64,000 nucleotides of DNA from an uncultured Acidobacteriota bacterium (GCA_963773905.1 CAVZDB010000005.1:326257-390256); one strand, 5' to 3'. Counted from the stretch's first letter, positions 17,861 to 27,130 are shown. A program made the numbers and translations. Notes: generated by a model from the sequence alone, not told the origin.

Positions 17861-17958
17861 GCGACTCGCGTCACGACTCTTTTCCGCGCGACTCGCGTCA
17901 CGACTCTTTTCCGCGCGACTCGCGTCACGACTCTTTTCCGCGCGACTCGCGTCACGAC
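17861..17958. repeat. 27-bp direct tandem repeat, about 3.6 copies
   Basis: The unit GCGACTCGCGTCACGACTCTTTTCCGC is repeated perfectly at 17861, 17888 and 17915, with a partial copy from 17942. It is less GC-rich than the surrounding DNA. Confidence 0.9.
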
Positions 17959-18588
17959 AGGGCGCCGGGAGCCGGCGGCGGCGCGGCTTCGGGAGCCGGG
18001 GCGGGCGCGGGCCGTGCCGCTCGGTGCCGAGCACGGGCGCGTAATCGAGCTCCCGGCCCGCGCGCGCGTGGCGGAGCAGAAGGCCGCCGCGGCTCATGTC
18101 GCCGCGGCCCACGAACTCGCGCGGGAAGAGGAGTCGCGGGCCGAACACGTCGAGCAGGATATCCACGTACTTGCCCGTCGCGATGCTCCCGAGCAGCACC
18201 ACCTCCGCCTCCGGGCCCAGACGCCGCGCGAGCGCGCGGGAGTCGCGGACGAAGGGCCGGCGGAAACGCATCTCGCGGGCGTCGATGTCGACCTCGGCGA
18301 AGCGGCGGAGGTCCCGGATGCGAACCGCGGCCTCGGGGGCCGAAGGCCGTCGCGCGCCGTGATCACGAGCGCCCCCGCGGCGTCGGGCCCGGCCTCCGCG
18401 AACTTCCGCGCGTACGTCAGCTTCCCGCGGAAATAGAGGCCGGACAGGAACGCGAACACTTCCCCGAGCGGCGCCCCACCGTCCCGGACTCGCAGCGCGA
18501 GGTCGAACCGCGCGGCGTCGCGGAGCAGCATCCGGGCGCGCTCGCCCGAGCAGCTGGCCGGAGAGATCAGGAAGACCCGTGGGGCCAC
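17959..18588 (-). pseudogene. Conserved-looking hypothetical gene, frameshifted
   Basis: From GTG 18588: MAPRVFLISPASCSGERARMLLRDAARFDLALR...GALVITARDGLRPP. The coding-looking sequence then continues in another frame as EAAVRIRDLRRFAEVDIDAREMRFRRPFVRD...VVLLGSIATGKYVDILLDVFG...FVGRGDMSRGGLLLR. The switch is at a C5 run (plus-strand G5, 18335-18339). Confidence 0.55.
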
Positions 18589-18611
18589 GCCGAAAGCCTA
18601 TACGACCTCCG

Positions 18612-18627
18612 AGGAACGGTTATTGCA
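18612..18627 (+). promoter_or_regulatory. Putative sigma-54-like promoter (GGAAC variant) for the hemerythrin gene
   Basis: AGGAACGGTTATTGCA with correct GG-N10-GC spacing, 28 nt before ATG 18654. Confidence 0.45.
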
Positions 18628-18653
18628 ATCGCCCGGTGGCGAAGGAGGACGCA

Positions 18654-19307
18654 ATGGCCAAGGCGAAGAAGCGCGCGAAGGTCGAAGGCGGCGAGTCGGA
18701 GGGCATCCTTTCGAAGCTGGGAACCATGATCCGGGGGGACGAGGGTCCGCGGGCCGAGGAGCCCGAGGACGCGACGGAGCTCCTGACGAAGGATCACGAC
18801 GAGGTGCGGGATCTCTTCAAGAGGTACGAGGCGAGCGAACGAGCCGCCGAGAAGGCGCAGATCGCCCGCACGGTCTGCGAGGAGCTGACGATTCACGCGC
18901 ACATCGAGGAGGAGATCTTCTACCCGGCCCTCGAGAGGGCGGGACAGCGGGACGCGGTCAAGATGGTGCGGGAGTCCGTCGAGGAGCACAAGATCGTCAA
19001 GACGCTGGTCGGCGAGCTCGAGGGGATGACTCCCCGCGATCCCCGGTTCGAGGCCAAGTTCACGGTCCTCCGCGAGGCGGTCGAGCACCACGCCGGCGAG
19101 GAGGAGGACGACCTCTTCCCCGACGCGAAGCGGGATCTCGGCAAGGATCGCCTGCGCGAGCTCGGCGCACGGATGCAGGACCGCAAGGAGGAGCTCAAGA
19201 GCGGCGGGGGGAAGACGACGCGGGCTCGGTCCGCGCCGGCGGCCCGGCGAGGACGCCCGGCAGCCCGCGGAGCCCGCGGCTCCGCCGGTCGCGCGCGGGC
19301 GCAGTAG
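18654..19307 (+). CDS. Hemerythrin-domain protein with a basic C-terminal tail
   Basis: ORF 18579..19307, starting at ATG 18654 (GAAGGAGG RBS). Motifs: LLTKDHDEVRDLFKRYE...HAHIEEEIFYPAL...EEHKIVKTLV...HHAGEEEDDLFP. Confidence 0.85.
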   Translation: MAKAKKRAKVEGGESEGILSKLGTMIRGDEGPRAEEPEDATELLTKDHDEVRDLFKRYEASERAAEKAQIARTVCEELTIHAHIEEEIFYPALERAGQRDAVKMVRESVEEHKIVKTLVGELEGMTPRDPRFEAKFTVLREAVEHHAGEEEDDLFPDAKRDLGKDRLRELGARMQDRKEELKSGGGKTTRARSAPAARRGRPAARGARGSAGRARAQ

Positions 19308-19364
19308 AGGAGCCAAACGCCCGGACCGTCGGCGGCTCGGAGGGGGCGGCTTCGGCCGCCCCTC

Positions 19365-19715
19365 CTACTTCAGGTCCCTGGGAAAATCTTGAAGCCAGGA
19401 GTCGTCGCCGTCGTTCTCGTCGATGTCCGGAGGCTTGCCGAGAGACTCGCCGAAGGCACCCGATCCCGGCGAAACCTCCCGCGCCTCGTCGCGCATCGAC
19501 GAGATCTCGGGCTCTACGCGATCGACGCCGGCGCCGGTCGCCGATCCGGAGACGATTTCTCGGAACGATCCGTCCGCGTCGCCCGTCGAGGCGAGCGTCT
19601 CGGCCCGATCGACCTCGGCCGCTTCCGTGCTCATGCCCTTCGCGACGAAGCGCTCCGGATCGTGGTCCATCCGCATCGCGGGATCGTTTTCGTCGTTCTG
19701 TCTCTTCCTCGCCAT
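19365..19715 (-). CDS. Hypothetical acidic protein
   Basis: ORF of 116 aa, rich in D and E, with a GAGGAG RBS and GC-rich third positions. No motif recognised. Confidence 0.5.
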   Translation of the reverse strand: MARKRQNDENDPAMRMDHDPERFVAKGMSTEAAEVDRAETLASTGDADGSFREIVSGSATGAGVDRVEPEISSMRDEAREVSPGSGAFGESLGKPPDIDENDGDDSWLQDFPRDLK

Positions 19716-19729
19716 GAGGAGCTCCTCGG

Positions 19730-19772
19730 AAAAAGAGCCGGGTCCGCTGCGCCTTCGCGAGGCGGACCCGGC
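19730..19772 (-). terminator. Rho-independent terminator after the Thr-rich lipoprotein gene
   Basis: Minus strand GCCGGGTCCGC-(14 nt)-GCGGACCCGGC followed by TCTTTTT. It ends 14 nt before ATG 19715. Confidence 0.6.
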
Positions 19773-19798
19773 GCCACTCGTTCCGTTTCGACCCGCTC

Positions 19799-19993
19799 CT
19801 AGGGAGCCGGGCTGGGAGTCATGGCGGGCGTCGTCTCGACCGTCGACGTCGTCGTAGTCGTCGTCGCGCCGGCCTCGGCCGGCGCCTGGGACGTGGTCTC
19901 GGTGGTGGTCGTGGTGGTTTCCTTCTTCTGGCAGCCGAGCGATACCGCCGCTGCGACCACCAGGAGTCCGGCCAGGGAAAGAAACTTCTTCAT
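19799..19993 (-). CDS. Small Thr-rich lipoprotein
   Basis: This is the last 64 codons of ORF 19799..20050(-), starting at ATG 19993 (GAGGAGG RBS). Lipobox MKKFLSLAGLLVVAAAVSLGC, followed by poly-Thr tracts. Confidence 0.65.
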   Translation of the reverse strand: MKKFLSLAGLLVVAAAVSLGCQKKETTTTTTETTSQAPAEAGATTTTTTSTVETTPAMTPSPAP

Positions 19994-20045
19994 GTCGTAT
20001 GCCTCCTCAAAAAAACAGCCCTCCCGGGCCGCTGCCAAGCCACAG

Positions 20046-20061
20046 TGCAAGATCCGTTCCC
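20046..20061 (-). promoter_or_regulatory. Putative sigma-54-like promoter (GGAAC variant) for the Thr-rich lipoprotein gene
   Basis: Minus strand GGGAACGGATCTTGCA with correct spacing, 54 nt before ATG 19993. Confidence 0.45.
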
Positions 20062-20179
20062 GGCTGGGCCACCGCGGTGCGGCTCACCGAGCGGGCGCCG
20101 ATGCGAGCCCGGAGGCGATCCGCCACGGGATCATACGGCCCATGCGCCCTCCCTGAATCGCCGCGGAGCGGACCGTTCC

Positions 20180-21946
20180 TCAGAGTATTTCCGCCCAGCG
20201 AGGCGACGCGCTGAAGGCCGCGAGGATGAGGCCTGCGTGCGAGTACGCCTGCGGGAAATTGCCCCACATTCGAAGACTGGAAGTCTCGTAATCCTCGGAG
20301 AGAAGCCCGAGAGGCGAGAGCGCCGAGTGTACGTGGTCCATGATCGCCTTGGCTTCGGCGACGCGCCCAGTCGCGGCGAGAGCCTCCACCAGCCAGAACG
20401 TACAGATGATGAACGCGACTGTCGGCCGACCAAAGCCGTCGTCGAGCTGATAGCGGAACAGCCAACCGTCCTTCAAGAGCCCTTTCGAAATCGCGTCGAT
20501 CGTTCCATGAAGCCGAGGGTCATCGGCCGGAAAGAGATGCAGTGTCGCCATCTGGAGGAGCGACGCATCGAGGTCTTGGCCGCCGTAATTCGCTACGAAT
20601 GCTCCGAGCTCCTGGTTCCACGCCTTGCAGGCGACTTCCTCGCGAATCTGAGCCGCTGCGCTCCGAAACTCGGCTTCCAGCGCGGGAGCGTGCTGGGCGG
20701 CGATGCGGGACATGCGGTCGGCGGCGGCCCAGCACATGAGGCTCGAGAAGGTCTGCGGTTTCCATTCCGTGCGGTATTCCCAAATGCCGGCGTCGGGAGT
20801 CCCGACGACGGAGATGGCTTTCCTGGCCAACCTCTCGAGCAGGTCGAGAGCCGCATGAGAGCGCTCCGCTACGAATCGCTCGTCGAGAAAGATCGGAGTC
20901 AGGGCAAGAACCATTTCGCCGTAGATGTCGTTCTGAATGTGCTGGGCGGCACCGTTGCCGACTCGGACCGGCCCGCTGCCGCCGAAACCCGGCCAGTTTT
21001 CGAGGACTTGCTCTTCGAGATCGCAGGTTCCGTCGACGCGGTATAGCGGAGAGAGCTTCAGTTCCGGCGCTCCGGCAACGATGTTGAGCAGGTAGTGGGA
21101 GAAGTTCTCGCGCTCCTCGAATTGGCCGAGCCGCCGCAGGGCGCCAAGGGCGTAGTAGGCATCTCGGAGCCAGCAATACCGATAGTCCCAGGTCCGCCCG
21201 CTGCCAGCCGCCTCGGGGATGGAAGTCGTCATGGAAGCGACGATGGCTCCCGTATCCTCGAAGCAGTGGAGCTTGAGCGCGAGAGCGGAACGAATGACCT
21301 CCCGTTGATAGAAAGGAGGGATGCTGCAGCGCTTCACCCATCCCTGCCAGTACCGAACCGTTTCGCTCAGGAACCGGTCGCAAAGCGCCGGGAGAGGTTC
21401 TTCGATCGGCGGCCCCCACGTGAGGGCCAGATGCCGACGCTGCGTCAGAGCGAAGGGCGTGCCCTGAAGATACGAGAGCGGCACGTCGGTCGTGAGTCGC
21501 AAAGGGCTCGAGAATCCGTCGAACTGCACGTGGTTGGAGCCCCGAAGCTGCGCGGGGGGGGTCTTGGACCAGCCGATTCTCGGTTCGCAGATCACCTTGA
21601 CGTAAGGAGCTCCGTCCAACGGCTCGACGACCCGAAGGAGCTGCGTCGGGCGGAAGACCCTTCCGTGCTGAAGAAAGAGCGGGGCAAAGTCCAGAACTCG
21701 GAAGGAACCACCCTCCGCCTGGAAGACCGTCTCGAGGACATTCGTGTTCTCGACGTAGCGTTGGACTCCGGCCAATCCATCCACCGCGCTGACGCAAAAA
21801 CGTCCACCCCCTTCGTGGTCGAGGAGGGTCGAGAAGATGGGCTCCGAATCGAAACGTGGCAGGCAGCACCAGACGACCTCGCCCGTGCGCTCGATGAGCG
21901 CGGCGAACTGGCAGTTGCCGATGAGCCCGAGGTCTTCCAAGCGCAC
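20180..21946 (-). CDS. Glycoside hydrolase family 15 (glucoamylase/trehalase-like)
   Basis: ORF of 588 aa with a GTG start. N-terminus LEDLGLIGNCQFAALIERTGEVVWCCLPRFDSEPIFSTLL, then ...WDYRYCWLRDAYYAL...FRYQLDDGFG...LSEDYE...WGNFPQAYSHAGLI. This is a GH15 (alpha/alpha)6 signature. Confidence 0.9.
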   Translation of the reverse strand: MRLEDLGLIGNCQFAALIERTGEVVWCCLPRFDSEPIFSTLLDHEGGGRFCVSAVDGLAGVQRYVENTNVLETVFQAEGGSFRVLDFAPLFLQHGRVFRPTQLLRVVEPLDGAPYVKVICEPRIGWSKTPPAQLRGSNHVQFDGFSSPLRLTTDVPLSYLQGTPFALTQRRHLALTWGPPIEEPLPALCDRFLSETVRYWQGWVKRCSIPPFYQREVIRSALALKLHCFEDTGAIVASMTTSIPEAAGSGRTWDYRYCWLRDAYYALGALRRLGQFEERENFSHYLLNIVAGAPELKLSPLYRVDGTCDLEEQVLENWPGFGGSGPVRVGNGAAQHIQNDIYGEMVLALTPIFLDERFVAERSHAALDLLERLARKAISVVGTPDAGIWEYRTEWKPQTFSSLMCWAAADRMSRIAAQHAPALEAEFRSAAAQIREEVACKAWNQELGAFVANYGGQDLDASLLQMATLHLFPADDPRLHGTIDAISKGLLKDGWLFRYQLDDGFGRPTVAFIICTFWLVEALAATGRVAEAKAIMDHVHSALSPLGLLSEDYETSSLRMWGNFPQAYSHAGLILAAFSASPRWAEIL

Positions 21947-22008
21947 GAAGGGAAACTAACAGATCCGGTTGTTGCCCGTCCAAAACCACTGTGCTTCAAT
22001 GAGATTGC

Positions 22009-24261
22009 ATGAGTCGCGCGATCCAATTCGTTGCCGCGCTCATCCTCGGGCTTGGGCTGCTCACATGGATGGCATCGGTCGTCGTCAACAAGACGACGCG
22101 CGACTGGTGGGAAAGAGACATCGGTCTGCGGGCGCAACTCGCCGTCAGCGGCGCCCGCCAGGCCCTGATCTCGCACTGGAACAAGGAACAGCGAACCGAC
22201 CTGCGGGGACTGCTCGTCGACATCACTCACGACGAGCGCATCATGGCGGCCGCAGCCTGCACGGCAGACTTCACGCTGCTGACGCGAACGCCCGACTATC
22301 CCAGGGAGTTCGGCTGCGAGGAGCTCGGGAAACACGTTCGCCCCGTTGCCGGCGAACCGGCAAGCGGCGTGCGCCCCTGGAAGGCCATCATGCCGTTGCC
22401 CGGCGGCAACGCCCACGTCAGCGTCATGCCCCTGTTCGACGGAAATCGGCTCCTGGGATTCGTCGTTCTCGTGCACGATCTGAGCTTCGCCGAACGGCGG
22501 GACGCCAAGACCCGGAGCTTCCTGCTGCTGGCTTTTGGGTTCCTTGCGGTCGCCGCCTCTGGTGTCACCGCCATCGCGGCGCGGCTGTCCTGGCGCGGTT
22601 GGAGCAAGGAGCTCAGAGGCTTCCTCCGCAGCGGGAAGCCCCACCCTGAGTTCCGACCCATCCTCGGGGATGTCCGCGAGCTCGTCGATCGAATCGTTGC
22701 CGAAAAAGAAGCCGACCGTGAAGGCGGAGACTGGACTCCGCAGCGGCTCAAGCAAACGCTCAACAGATACCTGCACCTCGAGAGAGTCGTCATCATGGCG
22801 AATCGGGAGCCCTACATCCATGAACGGACCGACGACGGTGGTGTCCTCGTCGTGCATCCGGCGAGCGGTCTCGTCACCGCGCTCGAGCCTGTCCTGCGGG
22901 CCTGCTCCGGAGTCTGGATCGCCCACGGGGGCGGCTCTTCGGACCGAGATACAGCCGATCAGTACGGGCGAATCCGGGTGCCCCCCGGCGAGGAGTCCTA
23001 TCTGCTCCGGCGGGTCTGGCTCTCATCCGAGGAAGAGAAGGGTTACTACTACGGTTTCGCCAACGAGGGCCTCTGGCCGCTCTGCCACCTGGCGCATGCC
23101 CGCCCCGTCTTCCGCAACGAGGACTGGAAGCACTATCAGGCCGTCAACCAGAAATTTGCGGACGCCCTCTGTGAAGAGGTGGACTCGGAGGATCCGATCG
23201 TCCTCGTGCAGGATTATCACTTCGCCCTGGTGCCCCGCCTTCTGCGGGAGCGGTTGCCGCGCGCGACCATCATCATGTTCTGGCATATCCCGTGGCCCAA
23301 CTCGGAGCGGTTCAGCATTTGCCCGTGGAGCACCGAGCTGCTCGAAGGAATGCTCGGCGCGAGCATCCTGGGCTTTCACACTCAGTCTCACTGCAACAAC
23401 TTCGTGGATTCGGTGGACCGCCTCCTGGAAGCCCGAATCGATCGAGAGCAGAACGCGGTCGTACAGCACGGCCGAAGCACGCTCGTACGTGCCTACCCGA
23501 TTTCGATCGAGTGGCCCGTGGGGTGGTTGAAGAAGACCCCTCCCGCCGCCGAGTGCCGGGCAAGCCTTTTAGCGGAGCTGGGCCTGGCCCCGGACGCCCT
23601 CCTGGGAGTCGGCGTGGACCGCCTCGACTACACGAAGGGGATCGAAGAGAGGTTCCTCGCCATCGAGCGCCTGTTGGAACGGTTTCCGGAATTCCGCGGC
23701 CGCTTCTGTTTTCTGCAGGTCGCGGCGCCGAGTCGGACCGTCATCCAGCGCTATCTGGAGATCAACGAGACCGTGGAGCGGGTGGCGGCGCGCATCAACG
23801 AGCGCTTCGGCCACGCAGACTACCGTCCCATCGTCCTTCGGCGAGCGCATCACGAGCCCCCGACCGTGTTCCGGTTCTACAGGGCAGCCGACTTGTGCTA
23901 CGTGAGCAGCCTGCACGACGGCATGAATCTGGTCGCCAAAGAGTTCGTCGCGGCCCGCGAGGACGAGCGCGGAGTGCTGATTTTGAGCCAGTTCACCGGC
24001 GCGGCTCGCGAACTGACCGAAGCGCTCATTGTCAACCCCTACGATCTCGACCAGGCGAGCTCTGCTCTCGCAATCGCGCTCAAGATGTCTCCCGAGGAAC
24101 AGCGGGAACGCATGCGGTCGATGCGCGCCTTCCTCTCCGAGTTCAATGTGTATCGATGGGCGGGGAGGATGCTCGCCGATGCGGCTCGCCTGCGCAGCCG
24201 TGACCGACTGACCGGCCGACTGACGGACCGTCGCGTGGAGGTGGGCGAGTCCTCTAAATGA
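22009..24261 (+). CDS. otsA: Trehalose-6-phosphate synthase (GT20) with a roughly 260-aa N-terminal TM/extracytoplasmic extension
   Basis: ORF of 750 aa. The C-terminal ~480 aa ([10 protein letters not shown]...[12 protein letters not shown]...[14 protein letters not shown]...FWHIPWP...[12 protein letters not shown]...[13 protein letters not shown]...LSQFTGAA...NPYD) is canonical OtsA. The N-terminus has two TM helices flanking a ~160-aa Cys-containing domain. Confidence 0.9.
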   Translation: MSRAIQFVAALILGLGLLTWMASVVVNKTTRDWWERDIGLRAQLAVSGARQALISHWNKEQRTDLRGLLVDITHDERIMAAAACTADFTLLTRTPDYPREFGCEELGKHVRPVAGEPASGVRPWKAIMPLPGGNAHVSVMPLFDGNRLLGFVVLVHDLSFAERRDAKTRSFLLLAFGFLAVAASGVTAIAARLSWRGWSKELRGFLRSGKPHPEFRPILGDVRELVDRIVAEKEADREGGDWTPQRLKQTLNRYLHLERVVIMANREPYIHERTDDGGVLVVHPASGLVTALEPVLRACSGVWIAHGGGSSDRDTADQYGRIRVPPGEESYLLRRVWLSSEEEKGYYYGFANEGLWPLCHLAHARPVFRNEDWKHYQAVNQKFADALCEEVDSEDPIVLVQDYHFALVPRLLRERLPRATIIMFWHIPWPNSERFSICPWSTELLEGMLGASILGFHTQSHCNNFVDSVDRLLEARIDREQNAVVQHGRSTLVRAYPISIEWPVGWLKKTPPAAECRASLLAELGLAPDALLGVGVDRLDYTKGIEERFLAIERLLERFPEFRGRFCFLQVAAPSRTVIQRYLEINETVERVAARINERFGHADYRPIVLRRAHHEPPTVFRFYRAADLCYVSSLHDGMNLVAKEFVAAREDERGVLILSQFTGAARELTEALIVNPYDLDQASSALAIALKMSPEEQRERMRSMRAFLSEFNVYRWAGRMLADAARLRSRDRLTGRLTDRRVEVGESSK

Positions 24262-25112
24262 AGCAAATCCTATTGCCAACCAATCGGCGAATCCTCGAGA
24301 GGTTCGCCCGGTCGAACGTGCTGCTCGCGTTCGACTTCGACGGAACCCTGGCGCCGATCGTGACTCTTCCGGAGCGGGCGCAACTGCGACGAGCGACCTC
24401 GAGACTGTTGCAAGATCTCACCACCCTCTATCCGTGCGTCGTGATCTCCGGCCGCGCGCGAACCGATGTCCTGAAAAGGCTGCGCGGTATCCCCGTGCGT
24501 GGGGTCATCGGCAACCATGGAATCGAACCCTCGGGAGCCTCGCAGCAACCGATGAGGCATCAGGTCGACCGCTGGAGGCGACTTCTGGAGAGGCAGCTCT
24601 CATCCGTTCAAGGAGTGCGGGTCGAAAACAAGGTCTTTTCGATTTCAGTCCACTACCGCCGGTCGCGTCAAAGGAAGAAGGCGCAAGCTGCGGTCGTGTC
24701 GGCGGCGGCAACCCTGAACGATGCTCGGGTCGTGGGCGGCAGGCTGGTCGTGAACATTCTTCCGAAGGGAGCGCCGCACAAGGGCGTGGCCCTCGAGAGG
24801 GAACGCGCGCGTCTCGGCTGCGACACGGCCATCTACATGGGAGACGATGAAACCGATGAAGACGCCTTCGGCCTTCTCGAGCCGGCTCGTCTTCTGACCA
24901 TTCGGGTCGGAGCCGAGTCCGCCTCCCTCGCGACCTACTACATTCCGGGCCAGGCGGATGTCGATGAGCTGCTGCGGATACTCGTCGTCGCCCGACAGCG
25001 GTCCGTGCGGCGCCGCAGCCCGACATCCGGGGCAATAGTCGGCCGGCCCGAGAATCGTCCGGCGCAGGTGGGCCCCGCGAAGCGTCATGGGCTCACCGCC
25101 GCGGGCAAGTAG
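24258..25112 (+). CDS. otsB: Trehalose-6-phosphate phosphatase (HAD)
   Basis: ORF of 284 aa with an ATGA overlap onto otsA. Motifs: LLAFDFDGTLAPIV, VISGR, ILPKGAPHKG, YMGDDETDEDAF. Confidence 0.85.
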   Translation: MKQILLPTNRRILERFARSNVLLAFDFDGTLAPIVTLPERAQLRRATSRLLQDLTTLYPCVVISGRARTDVLKRLRGIPVRGVIGNHGIEPSGASQQPMRHQVDRWRRLLERQLSSVQGVRVENKVFSISVHYRRSRQRKKAQAAVVSAAATLNDARVVGGRLVVNILPKGAPHKGVALERERARLGCDTAIYMGDDETDEDAFGLLEPARLLTIRVGAESASLATYYIPGQADVDELLRILVVARQRSVRRRSPTSGAIVGRPENRPAQVGPAKRHGLTAAGK

Positions 25113-26554
25113 TCCTCGACCAGCGGGAAATCGGCGAGCTCGCGGGAGATCGCCGCGTCCAGAAAAGTGTCGAGCCATCGGTAGATGTCGTGTTCGCGGA
25201 GAGTCCGGCGCAGCTTGCGCATTCGCGCGCGGCGCTCGGCCGGCGCGAGGTGGAGCGCGGTGTGGAGCGTCTTGGCCACGCCCGCGACGTCGAACGGATT
25301 GACGAGGAACGCGCCGGCCTGGAGCTGAGCCGCCGCACCCGCGAACTCCGAGAGAATGAGGACGCCGTCGCCGTCCACCCGAGTCGCGCAGTACTCCTTG
25401 CAGACCAGGTTCATCCCGTCCTTCAGGGGCGTGACCAGGGCGACGTCGGCCGCGCGGTAGTGGCCGGGGAGGCTCTCGCCCTCCAGGCTGCGGTGAATGT
25501 AGTGAATGGGGGCCCAGCCGCCGCACGAGAACTCCCCGTTGATCTGGCCGATCAGGCGCTCGATCACGACTTTGTGGTCGCGGTAGCCGGCGATGTCCTC
25601 GCGGCTCGGTACGACCACCTGGATGAGCGTGACGCGGCCGCGCTCCTCCGGATACCGGCGCAGGAGGTTGCGAAACGCCTCGAGCTTCTGCGGAATGCCC
25701 TTGGTGTAGTCGAGGCGGTCGATCCCCAGGATGATCCGGCGCTCCGGCTCGGCCGCGCGGATCTTCTCGGCCTTCTCGACGACCGCGGCCTCGCCTCCGC
25801 GCCGCTCGAACTCGCCCACGTCGATCGAGATCGGGAACGAGCCGATCCGCACCTCGCGCTCCCCCACTCGCAGCGTCCACACGGCGCCGCGCCCCGAGAC
25901 CTCGACCTGCGGCAGGAGCAGGCGGATGCACTGCACGAAATTCCGGCGGTCCCGAACCGTCTGGAATCCGACGAGGTCGTAGGCGAGCAGCGAGTGCAGC
26001 ACCTCGAACCGCCACGGAAGCCTCAGGAAGATGTCGAGCGGAGGAAACGGGATGTGGAGGAAGAACGCGACGCGCGAGCTCACGCCGAGCGCGCGGAGCT
26101 CGGTCGCGACCCGCATGAGGTGGTAGTCGTGGACCCACACGAAGTCGTCCGGCCGGGCCGTGCCGGCGACGCTCTCCGCGAACTTGCGGTTGACCGACTC
26201 GTAGGCCGACCAGTACGACGGGTCGAAGTTGCACATCGAGAGGAGGTCGTGGAAGAGCGGCCAGATGATCTCGTTCGAGAAGCCGGTGTAGAAGCCGTCC
26301 CGCTCCTTCGCCGACAGCGAGACCGGAACCAGGTCGTACCCGAACCGCCGGCGCGCGCCCGCGAGGAGCTCCCCCGCGTCGGGCAGCTCCTCCTGCGTGG
26401 CCCCGGACCAGCCGATCCAGCGGCCGCCGCGGTTCCGGAGGACCGGCCGCAGCGCCGTGACGAGGCCGCCGCTGCCGGGCTCGACCTTCCACTCCCCGAC
26501 CCCGTCGCGCGCGATCGCGAAGGGCAGGCGGTTCGAGACGACGAGGAGATTCAT
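25085..26554 (-). CDS. otsA: Trehalose-6-phosphate synthase, second copy (soluble form)
   Basis: This is the last 489 codons of ORF 25085..26824(-), starting at ATG 26554. Motifs: [12 protein letters not shown]...GSGGLVTAL...[13 protein letters not shown]...[14 protein letters not shown]...LHIPFP...[12 protein letters not shown]...[13 protein letters not shown]...SEFAGAA...NPFD. Confidence 0.9.
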   Translation of the reverse strand: MNLLVVSNRLPFAIARDGVGEWKVEPGSGGLVTALRPVLRNRGGRWIGWSGATQEELPDAGELLAGARRRFGYDLVPVSLSAKERDGFYTGFSNEIIWPLFHDLLSMCNFDPSYWSAYESVNRKFAESVAGTARPDDFVWVHDYHLMRVATELRALGVSSRVAFFLHIPFPPLDIFLRLPWRFEVLHSLLAYDLVGFQTVRDRRNFVQCIRLLLPQVEVSGRGAVWTLRVGEREVRIGSFPISIDVGEFERRGGEAAVVEKAEKIRAAEPERRIILGIDRLDYTKGIPQKLEAFRNLLRRYPEERGRVTLIQVVVPSREDIAGYRDHKVVIERLIGQINGEFSCGGWAPIHYIHRSLEGESLPGHYRAADVALVTPLKDGMNLVCKEYCATRVDGDGVLILSEFAGAAAQLQAGAFLVNPFDVAGVAKTLHTALHLAPAERRARMRKLRRTLREHDIYRWLDTFLDAAISRELADFPLVEDYLPAAVSP

Positions 26555-27096
26555 GCCGCCTGTCCCTCGCTCGCCGCGGTCCAGGCGGCGAGGAATTGAA
26601 AGACCTCCTCCGGCGGACGGATCCACGCGTGCGCCCGGGTGGGATGCGGCGTGGCGCGCACCAGCACGGAGAGGCCGCGGTCGCCCAGCGCCGCAAAGGC
26701 GTCCTCGTCGGTCAGGTCGAAGGCCGCGGCGATCTCCTCGAGGAGGCGCCCGACCCGCGCCGGCGGAGGTTCGGAGAGCTCGCGGCCGTCCGCCCTCAGG
26801 CGCTCGAGACCGTGCGAACCCCAAAGCTCGAGGGGCGCCTCGATCGCCGCGCGCGCGCGGAGGTCGCCGAGGGCTCGCCCGCTCACGATCGCCACCCGCG
26901 TCGGCCGCGGCGCGAGCACCAGCGCACGCAGTCGGGAGCGCACGCCCGGATACGGCGCCGCGAGACTACGGTCCACCACGATTGGCGCGATCGTTCCATC
27001 GAAGTCGAGGAGCAACCCTCGCGACATGGCGGAGCCCACGCGCCGAAAAAACGGCGCGAGGGCGTCCAGGCCCGGCTGCGGCTGTTGATCTCGCAT
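26551..27096 (-). CDS. OtsB-like HAD phosphatase paralog with an apparent internal deletion (possibly non-functional)
   Basis: ORF 26551..27138(-), starting at ATG 27096. LLLDFDGTIAPIV and VSGR are present, but the segment carrying the cap region and conserved Lys is missing. The sequence jumps to FDLTDEDAFAAL. It is 181 aa, versus 284 aa for the neighbouring OtsB. Confidence 0.65.
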   Translation of the reverse strand: MRDQQPQPGLDALAPFFRRVGSAMSRGLLLDFDGTIAPIVVDRSLAAPYPGVRSRLRALVLAPRPTRVAIVSGRALGDLRARAAIEAPLELWGSHGLERLRADGRELSEPPPARVGRLLEEIAAAFDLTDEDAFAALGDRGLSVLVRATPHPTRAHAWIRPPEEVFQFLAAWTAASEGQAA

Positions 27097-27101
27097 GCTG
27101 T

Positions 27102-27124
27102 CGGTCTCCGCGCGCTGGAGACCG
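27102..27124 (-). promoter_or_regulatory. Hairpin that would sequester the SD-like GGAG of the otsB paralog
   Basis: Minus strand CGGTCTCC-AGCGCGC-GGAGACCG, followed 5 nt later by ATG 27096. Confidence 0.3.
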
Positions 27125-27130
27125 GAAGAC

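Noticed and set aside
17861-17958. The 27-bp repeat as a CRISPR array.
   Set aside because: The copies are contiguous with no spacers. There are only 3.6 units and no cas genes.
18612-18627. Reading the GGAAC-containing sites (18612, 20046, 34035) as ECF-sigma (GGAAC-N16/17-CGTT) promoters.
   Set aside because: No CGTT/CGTC-like -10 element lies 16-17 nt downstream in any of the three. All three have TTGCA at the sigma-54 spacing instead.
19339-19365. The hairpin GGAGGGGGCGGC-TTCG-GCCGCCCCTCC between the hemerythrin gene and the acidic-protein gene as a bidirectional terminator.
   Set aside because: The stem is good, but there is no T-run on either side and it overlaps the stop codon of the minus-strand gene. 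I left it unannotated.
21973-21988. TGGTTTTGGACGGGCA upstream of the GH15 gene, and GGGCGGAACGGGGGCA (7889-7904) upstream of the GT39-like gene, as sigma-54 promoters.
   Set aside because: The spacing is right, but both lack the TTGC -12 core and the CAC of the -24 element. They cannot be distinguished from chance in GC-rich DNA.
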